64,000 bases of DNA from Catajapyx aquilonaris (Eukaryota). The notes below the pieces were generated by a model. The model was not told where the DNA came from, made no database searches, and saw only the letters and a program-made list of their open reading frames with translations. Position numbers and translations under genes: made by a program. This document shows positions 15,069-27,800 of this stretch, one piece after another (positions within the stretch are counted from its first letter, which is position 1; every line of letters begins with the position of its first letter). The DNA is taken from NCBI GenBank assembly GCA_000934665.2, contig JYFJ02001230.1:1-64000 (forward strand). The letters are read 5' to 3'.

Positions 15069-18000
15069 TTATTCAGCTTGTGAAATATTTTGTTCTGGGT
15101 CAGGAACACCAAGCAACCAGTGTGTATTCTGAAAAAAAAAAAAAAATCATAATCATGGTCTTAGAATACTAAGGTCTGGACACTCCCTCTTATCGCCTGC
15201 CGGGGCGTTTTGCATGAGGTCCTCACTTGAGAGCGCCATAAGACCGCTTTTCACGCTCTATTATGTGGCTACCCCACAGGACTACGCTGAACTAAGGTAG
15301 CAGAGAAGCCGCTACATGTGGACCCAACATGGCCACCAGCGAACATGTTGGGTTCCCCAATGTAGCGCTTCCCTTTTGTACCTATAAAGTTCGGCGTAGT
15401 CCCGTAGGGTCACCACAAATAGAGTGTGAAAAGTGGTCTTATGGCGCTCTCAAGTGAGCACCTCATGCAAAACGCCCCGTCAGGCGATAAGACTAGATTG
15501 TAGGGGTAGTGTCCAGGGGCTGTTCAAAAATGTTCCACGTACATATGGGGACAAAAGTTTGACTTTGTTATGTAGGTCAGACACCTTCACAAACTATTGG
15601 GGGTGTTCATCATATTCCAAGCTACGCAAAAAAGAAGGCTTGGAAGAATGTGTGAAACTTTCTTTGCACAGGAGTGGATCAACAGACGAAGTATCAAACA
15701 TCTAAGGGCACAGGGAAGGATCGAAAATGTCGTGTGACTGGGTCGGTTTGCCATGTGGCGGGAGCAAAAACCAGACATGTATTGATCTGTGCCAGTATGA
15801 GGCAGCTCTTATTCAATTCTGTCTTCTTATAAAACCCTCCTGCATTCACCACCCAGTGTGGCAGTGCCCTAAAATACCGTGAAAAAATAACTGACACTAG
15901 CCACCTCTCCTACCTTTCCATTGGAATCAATGATAAGCAACATGCTCATACTGCACACAATTCTCAATATAGTGACTCACCAGCTTTTCCGCCCTTTTTT
16001 CCAGTAATCCATATGCATAGTGATTTAGCTGTGAAAGTAGACATTGTAAGTAAGACTGCATATTTAGCTAGGCATTGTGAGGCAGCCAAAATACTAACAG
16101 CAAATCCTGCTGGGATAGCGACACCTTGAAACCGGTGCAAACGTCCATTCTGAGTATTCATGTGGTGAGCCTGATAAATCGTGTTTATATTAGTGTAAAA
16201 AAAACACAAGAAATTATGAAAATAACTTAAGCTTACAGCAACAATACTGCAACGTCCAAGGAAAGAAGTATTTGACATCATGGGTCCTTTGCTGATATCA
16301 ACATGGTCTCCAATGCGGTAGAGGGTAACAGTGTTACCTGTAAATGGCAATTTGGTTTTAGGTTTAGCAGTTAATAAAGTTTACATACCAGTAGTATATA
16401 TTTTTGCCACACACATATCTGCTAACATACAACATCGCATGCTTAAACCATCCTTGTAGGGAGAATTAAGTGAGCTTCCTACTGTAATATGATTCATGAC
16501 ACTAGCACAAAATAGTTACAAATTGAATAGGCCTATTGTAAATCATACATGATTCAATACATACATGGCAGATGGCAGCATGGATGAGCTGAACTGATGG
16601 TAAACCCAGAGCAAGTTGTCGATTCATATCATACACATGGGAATAATCACTTGCTCTGGATTTACACTGGGTCATGCAACTGACCCTTAATCCATGTTCT
16701 TCATGGATAATTTTAAAATGGTTCATTTATCACTTTAATAATATACAGTATATTCACCTTCAATAAAAAATTCATGCACTACATACTGATAATAATTAAA
16801 TAAACATCACCTGAATTGGACTGCCCTGCAATAGAAGGTATCTGCTCCTTCTTAAACCTGTTGTTCTGAAACATGTGCAGGGCTAAACTAGCATCAACTT
16901 CAAGCCTCTCAAATTGAAGTTCTGCTCTGGCCAAGCGCAACATTTGTGCTGACAAAATCCTCAGTTCTTCCTGAGAACAACAATGAAAATATAATTTGTA
17001 CTCTTCTCAAGTTACAATAGATGTTGTAATCCATGGCATAACTAAAACGGTAAACCCCCTAAGAGGGCCTTTCGGCCCTTGCACGGGGTATCTAAAATAA
17101 CAACAACAACAACAACAACTGTAAACAACTTACAAACGTGGGCTTCCAGTCTTCTATCTTTACGTCCACATCATACACAAAACTCCCGCTCCGGACTGAG
17201 AAACAAAAAAATCACAGATGAAACATTTGGTTCACCAATTTCCATGGCTTTTGAATAGTGCCTTTAAAAAATAACATTCGATGAATCGTTACAAAATTGG
17301 ACACCTACTGTTGGGAGAAGGAAAACTGTGTAGCTCCACAAAAAATTGGTCAAGAAAGGCTTGCTCCACAGTGGCTCCTAGCATGAAGCTGCAGCTCCTC
17401 CAGAAAGCTCGGTTTACTTGCTGAGAATCAGGGCTTCTGAAGTGGAGCAGACGCAGGGTGCAATCTGATTCCAGGGGCCTGTGCATGTCCCACAATTCAC
17501 CATTGACCTCTGCCAAGACATGGCGTTTCATAACTGCCTCAGACATGTCTGGGGAGAAACAGTCAATACATTATGGTGAACACACTGTAGCAATGCACTT
17601 TCTAAAAACTCTGAATTCACCAGGATGCATGCATACATAGCTGTGAGAGAGCTGTTTCAAAGTTATTTCCCTGCCGATTGCAGGTTGACAAGCAAGCCCA
17701 GTAGAACAATAATTTGTCCTCCAAAAGATCCGAGTCCCAGTACATCAACAGCTACTATAAAAATGTCTTACGCTGAGCACAGTTGTAAGGAGTTGAAATG
17801 TTCTTGTTCATGAGCAAGGTGACATTTTCAGGCTGCCCCTCGTAGTGCACCTGCACCTTCTCAATCCTTCCCACTGCCTCCCTCTGGCGTGTCTGCTCCA
17901 GGGAAAAAAGCTTGGAGCAGTGCTTCCGAGACTCCTCATTCGTCCAAGGAGTCGGGCTGTCTGAAGGGGTTGTAGGTGGAGTGCGAGGCTTCACTGGGGC

Positions 18001-18205
18001 ATGCAGCTCCTCTCGTATTTGAGCCACCTCTTCAGCTGTCGGTTGCAAGTAGCGACTGAAGCGAAAACCACCTGGAGAATAAGTCGAAGGTAGTAAGTCG
18101 CACTCACATACTGAGCTGTGACAGTGGGTCGATCGGGCGGTGCAGTGGTGTATAATACCAGTACATTACCAGTAAGCAAGGCATGTTACAGAAAATACCG
18201 TTCAT
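15069..18205 (-). CDS. MRPL39: Mitochondrial ribosomal protein L39 (TGS/ThrRS-like); about 9 exons, first exon (ATG AAC G) tentative
   Basis: LFSLEQTRQREAVGRIEKVQV...LLMNKNISTPYNCAQHMSE...LWDMHRPLESDCTL...VNRAFWRSCSFMLG...SGSFVYDV...LYRIGDHVDISKGPMMSNTS...RFQGVAIP. Last exon 15128-15069. Confidence 0.92.
15176..15516. mobile_element. Fully palindromic fold-back MITE in the last mRpL39 intron
   Basis: About 15188-15330 is the near-perfect reverse complement of about 15345-15492 (TCTTATCGCCTG.CGGGGCGTTTTGCATGAGGT...). Outer CTGGACACT/AGTGTCCAG. Confidence 0.85.
17055..17119 (+). mobile_element. Extreme 3' stub of a LINE/SINE (stem-loop plus (CAA)n tail)
   Basis: CCCCCTAAGAGGGCC-TTTC-GGCCCTTGCACGGGGTA followed by (ACA)n. 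Same architecture as 1837-1882. Confidence 0.55.
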
Positions 18206-18756
18206 GTTGCTGTGAGCAACCAAATATTTCCAGGATCATGTTTCATGGGATGTGGCAGTGCACTTACGCCTGGGCGGGTGGGCGACAGGCTCGATCCTCC
18301 TGCTGCATTGGGCGACCGCATCCTGAAGGCGCTTCCTCCATGCGACACCCGCCATCTTTCCCTCCTCCTGCCTCCCTCTGTTGGCAACACTGAATTCATC
18401 CCCTCTTCTCAGACCGCAGGTACCGCAGGGGCGAGGGCATAATTATATCCGACATACAATTGCGGCATGTACTTCCGACGATCCTTTGGGCACCACAGCG
18501 TGCAGCGGTGTGTGACCTGGTCGTGTCCAGGTGACCCGTTGCCATGTGAACTGCCCCTCCGCAGTGTCGCCAACGACCGAGTTGGCGGTCGGTGTAAACA
18601 ACATGGTGGTGCATTCTGTGTCGATAATAGAGCAGCACCATTTAGGTGCGGGTAGAAGCAGCGTAGAGCAGCACAGGGGAACCGCCCTCTGGTCACGCTA
18701 GATTGATCACTCGCCCTGTGCACAAGAGGAGGTCGCCGCTAAGGCTCACTACCAAC

Positions 18757-21700
18757 ATGGTAATGCACCAGACCGCTCAGGCCCTAGCTCGCCCATGCAT
18801 CCACCACCCACACTGCTTGTGCTTACATTTACGCCCAAGTAGCAGTTCCTTGAATTATTTCAGAACATTTCATGAACATGCCATTATATTTCAGGGTATC
18901 AGCCAGAGGGACTTGCGTAGAGCCTTAGGGCAGAGCTCTGTCAATTCCGTCGAGTCGAGCGATGAGTCCATCTTGGATGCCACTTCAATCCGCCCTTATG
19001 CCGTACCCACGGAAATCCCGCAGAACCTGCGTGATATTGCCATCAAAGTGCGTGGTTGTCTCCAACTGTGTTATTGCAGCTGTACCAAGCTGTACTCTCA
19101 GGCACTTATATACACACTACTTTTTTTTGCAGGGAAGTGAGGCTATCAAGGTTGGGGTGAAGCCCCTGAAGGCAGGGGACTCCACGGGTGTGATTGCCCC
19201 TCCTCCCAGCCCTCCACCAGGATGTGACGTAATGCGCCTCCCACCAACACGAGCCCCCAAAAAGCAGTACCTGTATCACCGGGATCGTGTCAGGCAGATG
19301 ATTCTTCCACAAAAGAACAATGGCGACCACCCTGTCATCATCTCCCAAAATGAGTATAAGCGCCTCATGGAGACAGCATCGGTATGCCGTCAGCAACGAT
19401 TTATTATTCATTACAAAGTTTCAAACTTGCCACATGTTCAATGAGAATGTACTCACAAATGCCTCCTGGCCATTTCTGAATGGGGTTATGTTAATAATAT
19501 GCAAACTAATGGTGCTAGCTGCTAGCAGACAGTTTGCAGAAATTGATCCTTGAACACGTGATTGTCTAGAGACTTATTGGGTTTCACTAGCAGGTTACCC
19601 GGCGTTGCCCGGGTATGTTGGGGTGCTGGTAAAGGTAGGGGTACATATACAGTATATTAGGAAGTTTGTTTGTAAAAATTTCCCTTCCATACACTCGAAA
19701 CTCGATATGTCTTAAAATAGGCCTTATAAGTTACAATCACACCCCCACCTTGTTCCATATGTTTGCTCTAAAGAACTTTAGAAATGTACGTACAGCTGCA
19801 TGGTGGAAAATTTTGTTTTCAACACGGAGTAATATTTGTAAATACTGTATTATTTTATTGTATTTACTTTTGTCTGGAAGTCTATTTTCAAATCCCACAA
19901 AATCCCGGAATTACCATAAGATATGAACTCATGTGAGGTGGCCAATTAGCGTAATTGGTGGATGCGTTGAATTTACGGCGATAGTTTAACTTGCTAGGTA
20001 TTGTTGCATAAGAGCATTTAGTAGGGGAGACGAAGTGGTGCTGTGGAAATGTGCCCACAGATCTTAAGGTCCCGGGTTCGATCCCAGCCCGGGGTTCCCC
20101 CCTTCATCTCGTGCAGAGTTGGGTCGTCTCTGGCTTCGTTTCGGGTGGAATCTCCTCAGACTAATCCACCCGGGGGAGTTCACAAAATGTACCCTTTGAG
20201 AATTGCACTTGCACCTTAGTCACTCTGCCCATGGGCCTGGGCGCTACGTCAAAAATGTTCCATCAAGACGAAATAAAGGTTCCCTCCCTGCGGTACGATG
20301 CAGGGAGGTAAATAGCCATATTTTTAAAAAGGCATTTCCATGGGAATGCAAATTGATATGTTGTTATTGATGTAAGAAGTGAGATGATTCGGGAATATGT
20401 GTGTTGTGGGAGTTAGGTTCATTTTCGGAAGTTGAAACATGCGGCGTTAGATTCCTTGGAAAAAGTAACCCCCGATATGCTAATTTAAGGCGGTGTAGGG
20501 GCCTTCCCCTGGATTTCTATAAGGGACAAACAAACTCACAAACAAACTAAAATATAGATTAAGATTTTGCAGATTTTAAAAATTGCTGATAGTTTGTTAT
20601 TACAGGGATATGTTTATTTATTTATTTTTATTTGTTTACACCTTTGCTACCCACCAGGGCAGTAGTTTCCAACCAGAGGGTTTTTTTTTTTTTCAATATC
20701 TGTGTAAATTGAACCATTTTTGCAGCCTTATGTGCAATGTATGTTTTCTGGAAATGGGCCAGTTGTAGAAGGGGCCGGGGGGGGGGGGGGGGTCGCACAT
20801 TTATGGAAACATGTTTAGGGGGTTGAAGTAGGTAAAAGGTTGGAAACCACTGTGCTAGGGGTATAACAGGGATATGTCTCTAAAGCTAGTAGTAATGGGC
20901 GTGTTATACCAAGCAGGATACTACCTGAATACTGTAGAATAATTGAGGTGTTGACATGGGAAAGGAGGCATATGTCACAAAGATAAATGGGTCTGAAAAA
21001 AAAATACTATCCTACATTTAAATGTTAAACTGGTAAACTGCTTTTACTTTGATGTTTCGTGACTTTGTAACAATATCCAACAATAAGAAAGCTTTTGTGT
21101 AAATATCTGCTTCACGGTGTTCTCAAAACTGTTTTTTTTTTCCTCCTAGCCCCTGTAAAAATAATATTTTTGTGACTTACACCCTTTCCCATGTCAATAC
21201 CTCACTTGATCATCAGGTAGGTAAATGGAAGTAAAGATTTACAGCAATAGACCCCGGAAACAACGGACCTCAAAAATCAGTCTGCTATTTCCGAAAATCT
21301 CTTATAGCCGAAGCTGTTATATCCTGAGTAAGCTGTATAGCCTTATTACCAAGAGCTCTTGGTATTACTGTCAGTATCCCAGCACCAAATACTATAATGG
21401 CTAATGTATGACCATGAATAAGTAGCACCTGCAGGTATGGATACACACAAATTAAACAGCTTCACAAACTTTGTTATTTGAAAGTTTCACATTCAAATTT
21501 CTTTTGACATGAATGTGAACTAAGATTTTTGTGTGTATACAGTGATGTACAACTCTCTGCAAGTGTAGAAATACATAAGAAATAGTCAATTTTTAATTAC
21601 GACTGCCAGCGTGTGGTTTAGTGTTATTGGCTAATAAAGGAGCAGGAATATTACAGCTCTACTTTTCCCACTCTACAGGTACTGACTGAGGAAGAACGTC

Positions 21701-23901
21701 GTGCCCTTGAGGAATGGCGCAAGGAGGCAAAAGACAAGATGTATGATCAGAGTCGCAATCGCAAAGAGGAGCTGCAGAACATGGACAAGATTCGCCTGGC
21801 TCAGCACCACTTTGCTGCTTCTGACGTCGCAGAAGAGGATAGAGTGGAGCGACAGGCCACCTTGGACCGGAGCCGGCGCCAGCGCCTGGAAGACACGCAG
21901 GAGATGCGCCAGCTAAATCGTTGTATCTTGAATGCCAAGTGCATGGCTATCCGTCAAGCTCAGATCCAGGAAAAGCAGCTGCTGCAGAAGGAATGGGACA
22001 AAGAGCAACGAAGGATGGACATGCTGATGGAAGTGACTCGGCAGAAGGCCATTGCCCGGCAGCAGAGGGAAGAGGAGGAGAGGAAGGCCAAAGCAGCTGA
22101 GTTTGTGGCTGAAATCAGGTGCCAGCAACTTGAGCTGGAGTTTAAGAAAACTCTGGAGGCTGGAAGAAGGGAGCAGGAGTCAGCCTTCATCCGGAAGCAG
22201 GAGGCCCAACGGATGGAGGATACTATCAAAGACAGAGAAAGACAGGAGAGGAGGAGATTGGCCGTAAAGGAAGAGGCCATCCAAGAGGGAGAGAAAATGA
22301 AGAGGAGGAAGGCAGCACTGAAGGAGCAGGAGAGGCTGGAGAATGCCAAGGTTGGTGCATTACTGGTAGCATTGATATTCTGTCTAGGCTGACCTTGATA
22401 TGAGGAAAATATACAAATTATTTTTGGTTTCTGCCCAAATTCCTGCAGCTTGGTTTTATCATTCCAATGTGCAGATATGGTGTGGAGTCCTCAGCCATAC
22501 CTTAGCAATGTATTATAGGGTCATCCTAAACTGGTTCATACAATTTTATTGATGCTGAGATATTGCTTACAGCAACAATTAAAATTGTGGAAAATAACAT
22601 TAAGCTTATTATGTTGTCATGATGTAGTACTGTACCAAGAGCTCTTGGTAGTACATGTTGTCACTCAGTGAAAGTGTTTTGTTTGAAAGTGACTTGTAAA
22701 TAGCTTGATGATTATTATTTTACACACTTGATGTACCAGTAGTGCATAGTTAGTATACGTATAGTATAATTATAATATTCTTTCTGTGCCATCCACAGGT
22801 GGCTGAGTGGATGCGGCTAAAGGCCGAAAGAGAGGCTGCCATTGAGGCTGAGGCAGATCGGCAGCGCAAGGAGAAGGAACGCCAGGTGGCACGTCTAGGG
22901 ATGATGCAGCAACGTGAGATGGACCTTCAGGCAGAAAGAGATGCCCTTCGTGCCCAACGCATCCAGGAGCAAGTGGAGAGGGCGTGGCGCAAGAAGGAAA
23001 GAGAACAATCTGAGGCCAGGAGGAGGACACAGAAGGATCTGAAGGAAGCCAGAGAGGCACAGGTTAGTGTGCTACAAACAAAAGTTGCGGTTCATTGGTC
23101 AAGTTAATTAGGCAGTGTACACAGGTGAATCTGATTATTCCATCAGGAAGATTACAGTTACTTGTTGATTTCTTAGATCATTAGCATATGTTGCTGATTG
23201 TTGGGGAGGGTTTTAATTTAGCTCACGGATCACTTGCTCTTTGACTCATGTGCATTTGTTACATCGGTTACATTCATTTGTCTTATCTGGTAAACAGTTA
23301 ATTTTAGTTTAACTCATGGGAACAACAACAATTAAACGTCTTACAGATTCGGGTGCGCAATTATTGCCTGGGGCTGGAAGCAAACCGGGAGAGGGAGGAT
23401 TTTATGAGGATCTTGGAGAAGCAGAAGATAGCAGTTGAGGCCGACAAGAGGAAGGAAACAGAAATGCATAGAAGGAAGGACATGTTTGCTAAGGCAATGC
23501 GCCAGCAAATTGTGGAGAAAGCTGACAATTTGCTGGAGGAGAGGAGGCAAATCTTTTTGGATGGGGAAAAGGCTGCCAAGGAGAGGAAAGACAGAGAGCA
23601 AGCCTTGGATGACCTCATGTGCATCAAGCTCCAGGAGCTCAAGTAAGTTTCTGGAAGCATCTGCATATGCTACACCCCAATGAATGTCTTGGAGGGGGTA
23701 TAATTATGCAGGTGTATAGTGCATACCCTGCCAAAATGTTCTCACGACACAATTGGTCGTCATGGATTTGGAAATCTACAGGGTAACCTGCAGTAATACC
23801 ATTTGTATTACAGGGAACTGCAACTCCCCGACAAAGCGATTGTTGAGATCAAGAGGTGCATGAAGAAGGCAGCACAGGAGAATGAGAGGGCTGAATACTG
23901 A
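18757..23901 (+). CDS. CFAP45: Cilia- and flagella-associated protein 45 (CCDC19); exons ATG 18757-18759, 18895-19047, 19133-19381, 21679-22350, 22799-23062, 23347-23642, 23814-23901
   Basis: E/R/K/Q-rich coiled coil with LNRCILNAKCMAIRQAQIQEK and QAERDALRAQRIQEQVERAWRKKE, matching CFAP45 signatures. Splice phases are consistent. The start codon is tentative. Confidence 0.85.
19587..20564 (-). mobile_element. Non-autonomous Helitron (Lep1/HINE-like)
   Basis: Minus strand: 5' TC followed by a (GTTT)n microsatellite, 3' hairpin CCCGGGCAACGCCGGG and terminal CTAG. Inserted between A and T, no TSD. Confidence 0.75.
20020..20331 (+). mobile_element. tRNA-derived SINE nested in the Helitron
   Basis: B box GGTTCGATCCC (20075-20085) in a T-arm-like context. 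3' hairpin CCTCCCTGC...GCAGGGAGG. Possible GCATTT TSD at 20014-20019 and 20332-20337. Confidence 0.6.
20660..20852. mobile_element. hAT (Charlie-like) MITE
   Basis: TIR CAGTAGTTTCCAACC / GGTTGGAAACCACTG. Degenerate 8-bp flanks CACCAGGG / TGCTAGGG. Confidence 0.7.
20945..21203. mobile_element. MITE with GAG...CTC termini and 4-bp AATT-like TSD (Sola-like)
   Basis: TIR GAGGTGTTGACATGGGAAAGG / CCTTTCCCATGTCAATACCTC, flanked by AATT / ACTT. Confidence 0.7.
21242..21335. mobile_element. Short degenerate pogo/Tigger-like MITE
   Basis: TA-CAG...ACCCCGGAAACAACGG at the left end and GCTGTTATATCCTGAGTAAGCTG-TA at the right end. TIR match is weak. Confidence 0.35.
21347..21364. repeat. Palindromic motif TACCAAGAGCTCTTGGTA, copy 2
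   Basis: Perfect 18-bp palindrome. Context TATTA-CCAAGAGCTCTTGG-TATTA. Confidence 0.85.
22633..22650. repeat. Palindromic motif TACCAAGAGCTCTTGGTA, copy 3
   Basis: Perfect 18-bp palindrome. Context TAGTACTGTA-CCAAGAGCTCTTGG-TAGTACATGT. Confidence 0.85.
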
Positions 23902-24838
23902 GTGGATTTCCTGTACAAAATTCAAACCCAATATGTTTATGTGATTTTACAGCACAGCTTACATGGGCAAGAATATATGTTGCACAAACAGGTCTCAAAA
24001 CAAGCACATACTTGGGAATTTTAATAAATATTTAGGATATTCACATGGTCATAATTTCCTTTCCAATTTCTGGAGCAATATGCATATTAATTAATTACAT
24101 ATTTTAGTGAGGTTCTTGTGTACCACAATCAGCGTAATTAGTAGGTGATTTTCAAATTGGATTTCAATCGTTCAACCGTTATTTCTCAAGTCGCTTTTAA
24201 CACAACCGCTATGCTACATAGAGCCCAATAAGCGCACTTTAAAATTAAACCCGTGTTTAGACGAAGTGCGGATGCGATTGGCTGGTTGGGTGTACTCCGT
24301 GTCAGAATTGACCAATGAGGAATGGGTAGGTCAATCGCATGGAGACCATATGCCAGAACCGATGTGCCTAGTGGACAGATGGGAATTCGGTGTAGTTGTT
24401 TTTTTCTTTTTCTTTTCACGGTCCGAGGTGTAGTACGTGACGGGGAAGAAGGAAGGAAGTCAGTCTGAAGGGGCAGGAGAGCGGCAACCAGGAAGACAGG
24501 CAGACAGACAGCAGGCCGAGGAGCAGGGTCCGACGAATGGGTCAGGCGGGCTGGGAATGGTGGTGGTGACCCTCACAGCTGCTGCAGCTGGCCATGGGGG
24601 TGCAGACGCCCGCTCCGACCACGCCGACGACCGGGGATCAGGAGTGAGGACCAGGGGGCACTCACGCTCAGCATCCACATCACCTGATCTCGGAACAGAA
24701 ACCGCTGTACGCCGCCGTAATTACATCGGGGATCGTTCGTTGCAGTGGGTGCAGTCCACACTTATCTCTTATCACAGACCCACGCACACGGAGGGACACA
24801 AGACTGGTTGAGAGTGCCACAGCTGCTGCCCTGTCAGG

Positions 24839-27800
24839 ATGTCTGGATTCATAGCGCTCAGCAATGGTTTCCCTGGGAACAACGGACTGGTCCCAGAGAT
24901 GGAGCATGTCATCTCGCAGCTGGAGAGGGGGACTGTTGTTACCAAGTTCTTCTGCCACAAGAGGCCGGAGAAGCGCACCCTTGCCATTCGCAGGGAGACC
25001 AGGCTCATCATCTGGCAGAGTGCAAGGAGCAATAGGAACACCTATGAGGGAGCAGGTAATGCCAGCCGTTGCATACAACTACTGCACCATTAGGACGCAA
25101 AAGTTTGGTGTGAATACGTCAGTACCACCTACTACATGGCTTACTAGGAGGAAAACTGGGTGGAGACCTAGCATAAAGTTTGTAGAGTGTGGTATTCAAG
25201 GTGAAAAACAACATACTGTAGTATGTCATTTGGCTGGCAGCGTCTGTACTCTCTGGCTCAATGCAAGTCATTAATGTAAGCAGGGAGGAATGTCGGGGAG
25301 CAACCATTAAAGATGATGCTACGATGAAAAGGACATGGGACAAAATGTATGGGCCAGTGGCCTTCCATTTTATTTGCCTGAATATTGGATATGTTGTAGC
25401 CCAGACCGTCCTGGTCAATGTTAGATAGAGACATTTCGAGGTAGGACCCAGTCCCAAAGTAAGACCTACAGGGAGCGTGCTAATATAATATGGGGAGTAG
25501 TTACTACTCCCCATATTACCTTCTGAGGTCATTAGCATGCTCCCTGTAGGTCCTACCTCGAAATGTCCCTATCTAACATTGATCAGGACAGTCTGGGCTA
25601 CAACATATCCAATTTTCACGCAAATTGAACGGAAGTGTCATGTCCTTTCCATGCCGCTGAGACGGAAGAGGCCACCCACTCAACAGCTTTGTTTTGTAGA
25701 GGAAAAGATCATTACTTTCTGAATGCTCCTCACATGGAAGGCTAATTTCTGCTCATTATTTCATGTTTGGTTTTTCACTCACAATTTTACTTGCCACACC
25801 CCTCATGCTCAATTCCAGGACCCGTGTAGTTTTCATTCCTGTAAAACATGCAGGTTTGGTATAATAAATGGTAGCATCTTTTTCACAACTACTCTCTAGG
25901 AAAAATAAGTTACCGTAAAAAGTGATGAACAAGTTTTGATTGAAAAGTTGGCCTCTAAAAATCATGCAAAAAAAACTTGATTTTGAGGGTGCGATCCATT
26001 TTTCTGAGACCTGTCAAGTAACCCCCAGAGGAAGTGGTCAAAGTCAGAAGAAATTTATTGGCTGCTGCAGGGAGCTCTTCAGGTCAGTAGTATTGCAAAC
26101 AACACTGCAAACCCAGGTTAATTATGCCAGCACACCAGGTATTAATTTTTTTAAGGGCCAATAAACGATGTGATGTGTCTTTTCATCTTGGGATTGGACC
26201 AGGTTCATGAAACTGTTGATGTATGGGGTACACAATTAACTGTCTCCCAGCATATTTGAATAACAACAGCCAGGTGGTGGTGGCAGCCCACCTATTTACA
26301 ATTCACCTTTCCAACAGATGCCTTTGCAATGTAAGTTGGACATTGACATGTTGGTGACAGATACAAGACAAGAAAGTGCCAGTATTGGTACTTGATCACA
26401 TTGCATTTGCATTGTTTGTGAATGTGATGATAGCAGTGGCAAGGTTGTCTGGAGGTGAGGTTGCCACATAAAGTGCACTGAATCATTCATCTCATTTCCA
26501 CCAGTGCTTCCAACCTGGAAGTGTCTCCCCAGCTAGCACATGACAGCTTTCAGGAGGATTTTGACCACTCACCCAGGGGTTACCCATCTGTTCTGAGAAA
26601 AATTGTTTGAATGATTGGAACATAGATTTTTCTCCATATTGTAAATTATACTGTATAATAAGAGAACATGTTAATAGAGTGCATATGTGCATTGTCCCTT
26701 TAAGGGCATGGTATTTAAGGGCATGCTGTAGGCTACTCTAAGGATGAGTAGTTCAGACTAGCTACTCTGGGAACAGTCATTATATTCAGTGTTGCCTATT
26801 GTATACTACACTTGTGATATCAACTTGACTTTCTGATCATTCAGAGGGTTGCGGGACTTGACCCATGATAATGATGATCATTTCTATACCCGTCAATTAA
26901 CAAAATCCATGGATCAAGGAATATGTTGTGTTTGCACTCATGAATGGTTGGATTAAAATTCTTTTTGCAGTTGACTTGCGAGATGTGCAAGAAGTGCGTG
27001 TTGGAAAGAATTCCAAGGACTTCGAGCGTTGGCCTGATGACACCAAAAAAGTGGAAACCAACAAATGCTTTGTTATTCTCTATGGATCTGAATTCACCCT
27101 GAAGTCCCTCTCTATTGCAGGTGAGTCTCTTCTGGTCTTGTGACGTTGCATTCAATAATTGCAATAATTTTCTTCCAGCTTTGTCATGGAAAGAGTGTGA
27201 ATTGTGGGTTAAAGGGTTGAACTACCTTGTGCTAGATACAATCAAGTCTTCGTATCCACTCCAGCTGGAGAGATGGCTGAGGAAGAAATTTTACAACATG
27301 CAAACTCCTCAGGACACGTAAGTTGCATTTCAAATGGTTTAAACAATAGCCATCAATTTGGAATGTCACCCCTTTCAAAATCTGAATTCCATTCTTCATG
27401 AAAGCATAGCACATTATTTTATATTGTCAAATTGGGTAATGATGCATACTCTGCTGATGGGAAAAATGCACAATTAACCCTTAACTACGTAGGTGGGTGA
27501 AACACCTTTAACTACGTAGGTGGAGCCTGAGAGGCTCCAACGGTATATTTAAATTTCTGCTTATCAACTAAATTGTTATATTGGACTTTTCACATACAGA
27601 AAGTGCAGTTCAGATCATTAGGCTTCCGATAACGTAAGAATCACACGCTGAGTCAGCATATTCCGACAGGGAAAAATTTTTAATTAAAAGGTTACATCAT
27701 GTGTTTGAGCCGCTCAGGCTTCACCTGAGATATAGAGCCAGAGCGGTTCCAGGAGGGACCTGTTCCTCGTTACGAATTTTTTTTAACCAAACAATAGGGA

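Noticed and set aside
20040..20100. Possible tRNA gene
   Set aside because: Only the B box and T-arm are recognisable. There is no acceptor stem or clear A box, so a SINE head explains it better.
21913..23666. Antisense ORFs over CFAP45 exons
   Set aside because: Shadow ORFs caused by the codon bias of a coiled-coil coding sequence.
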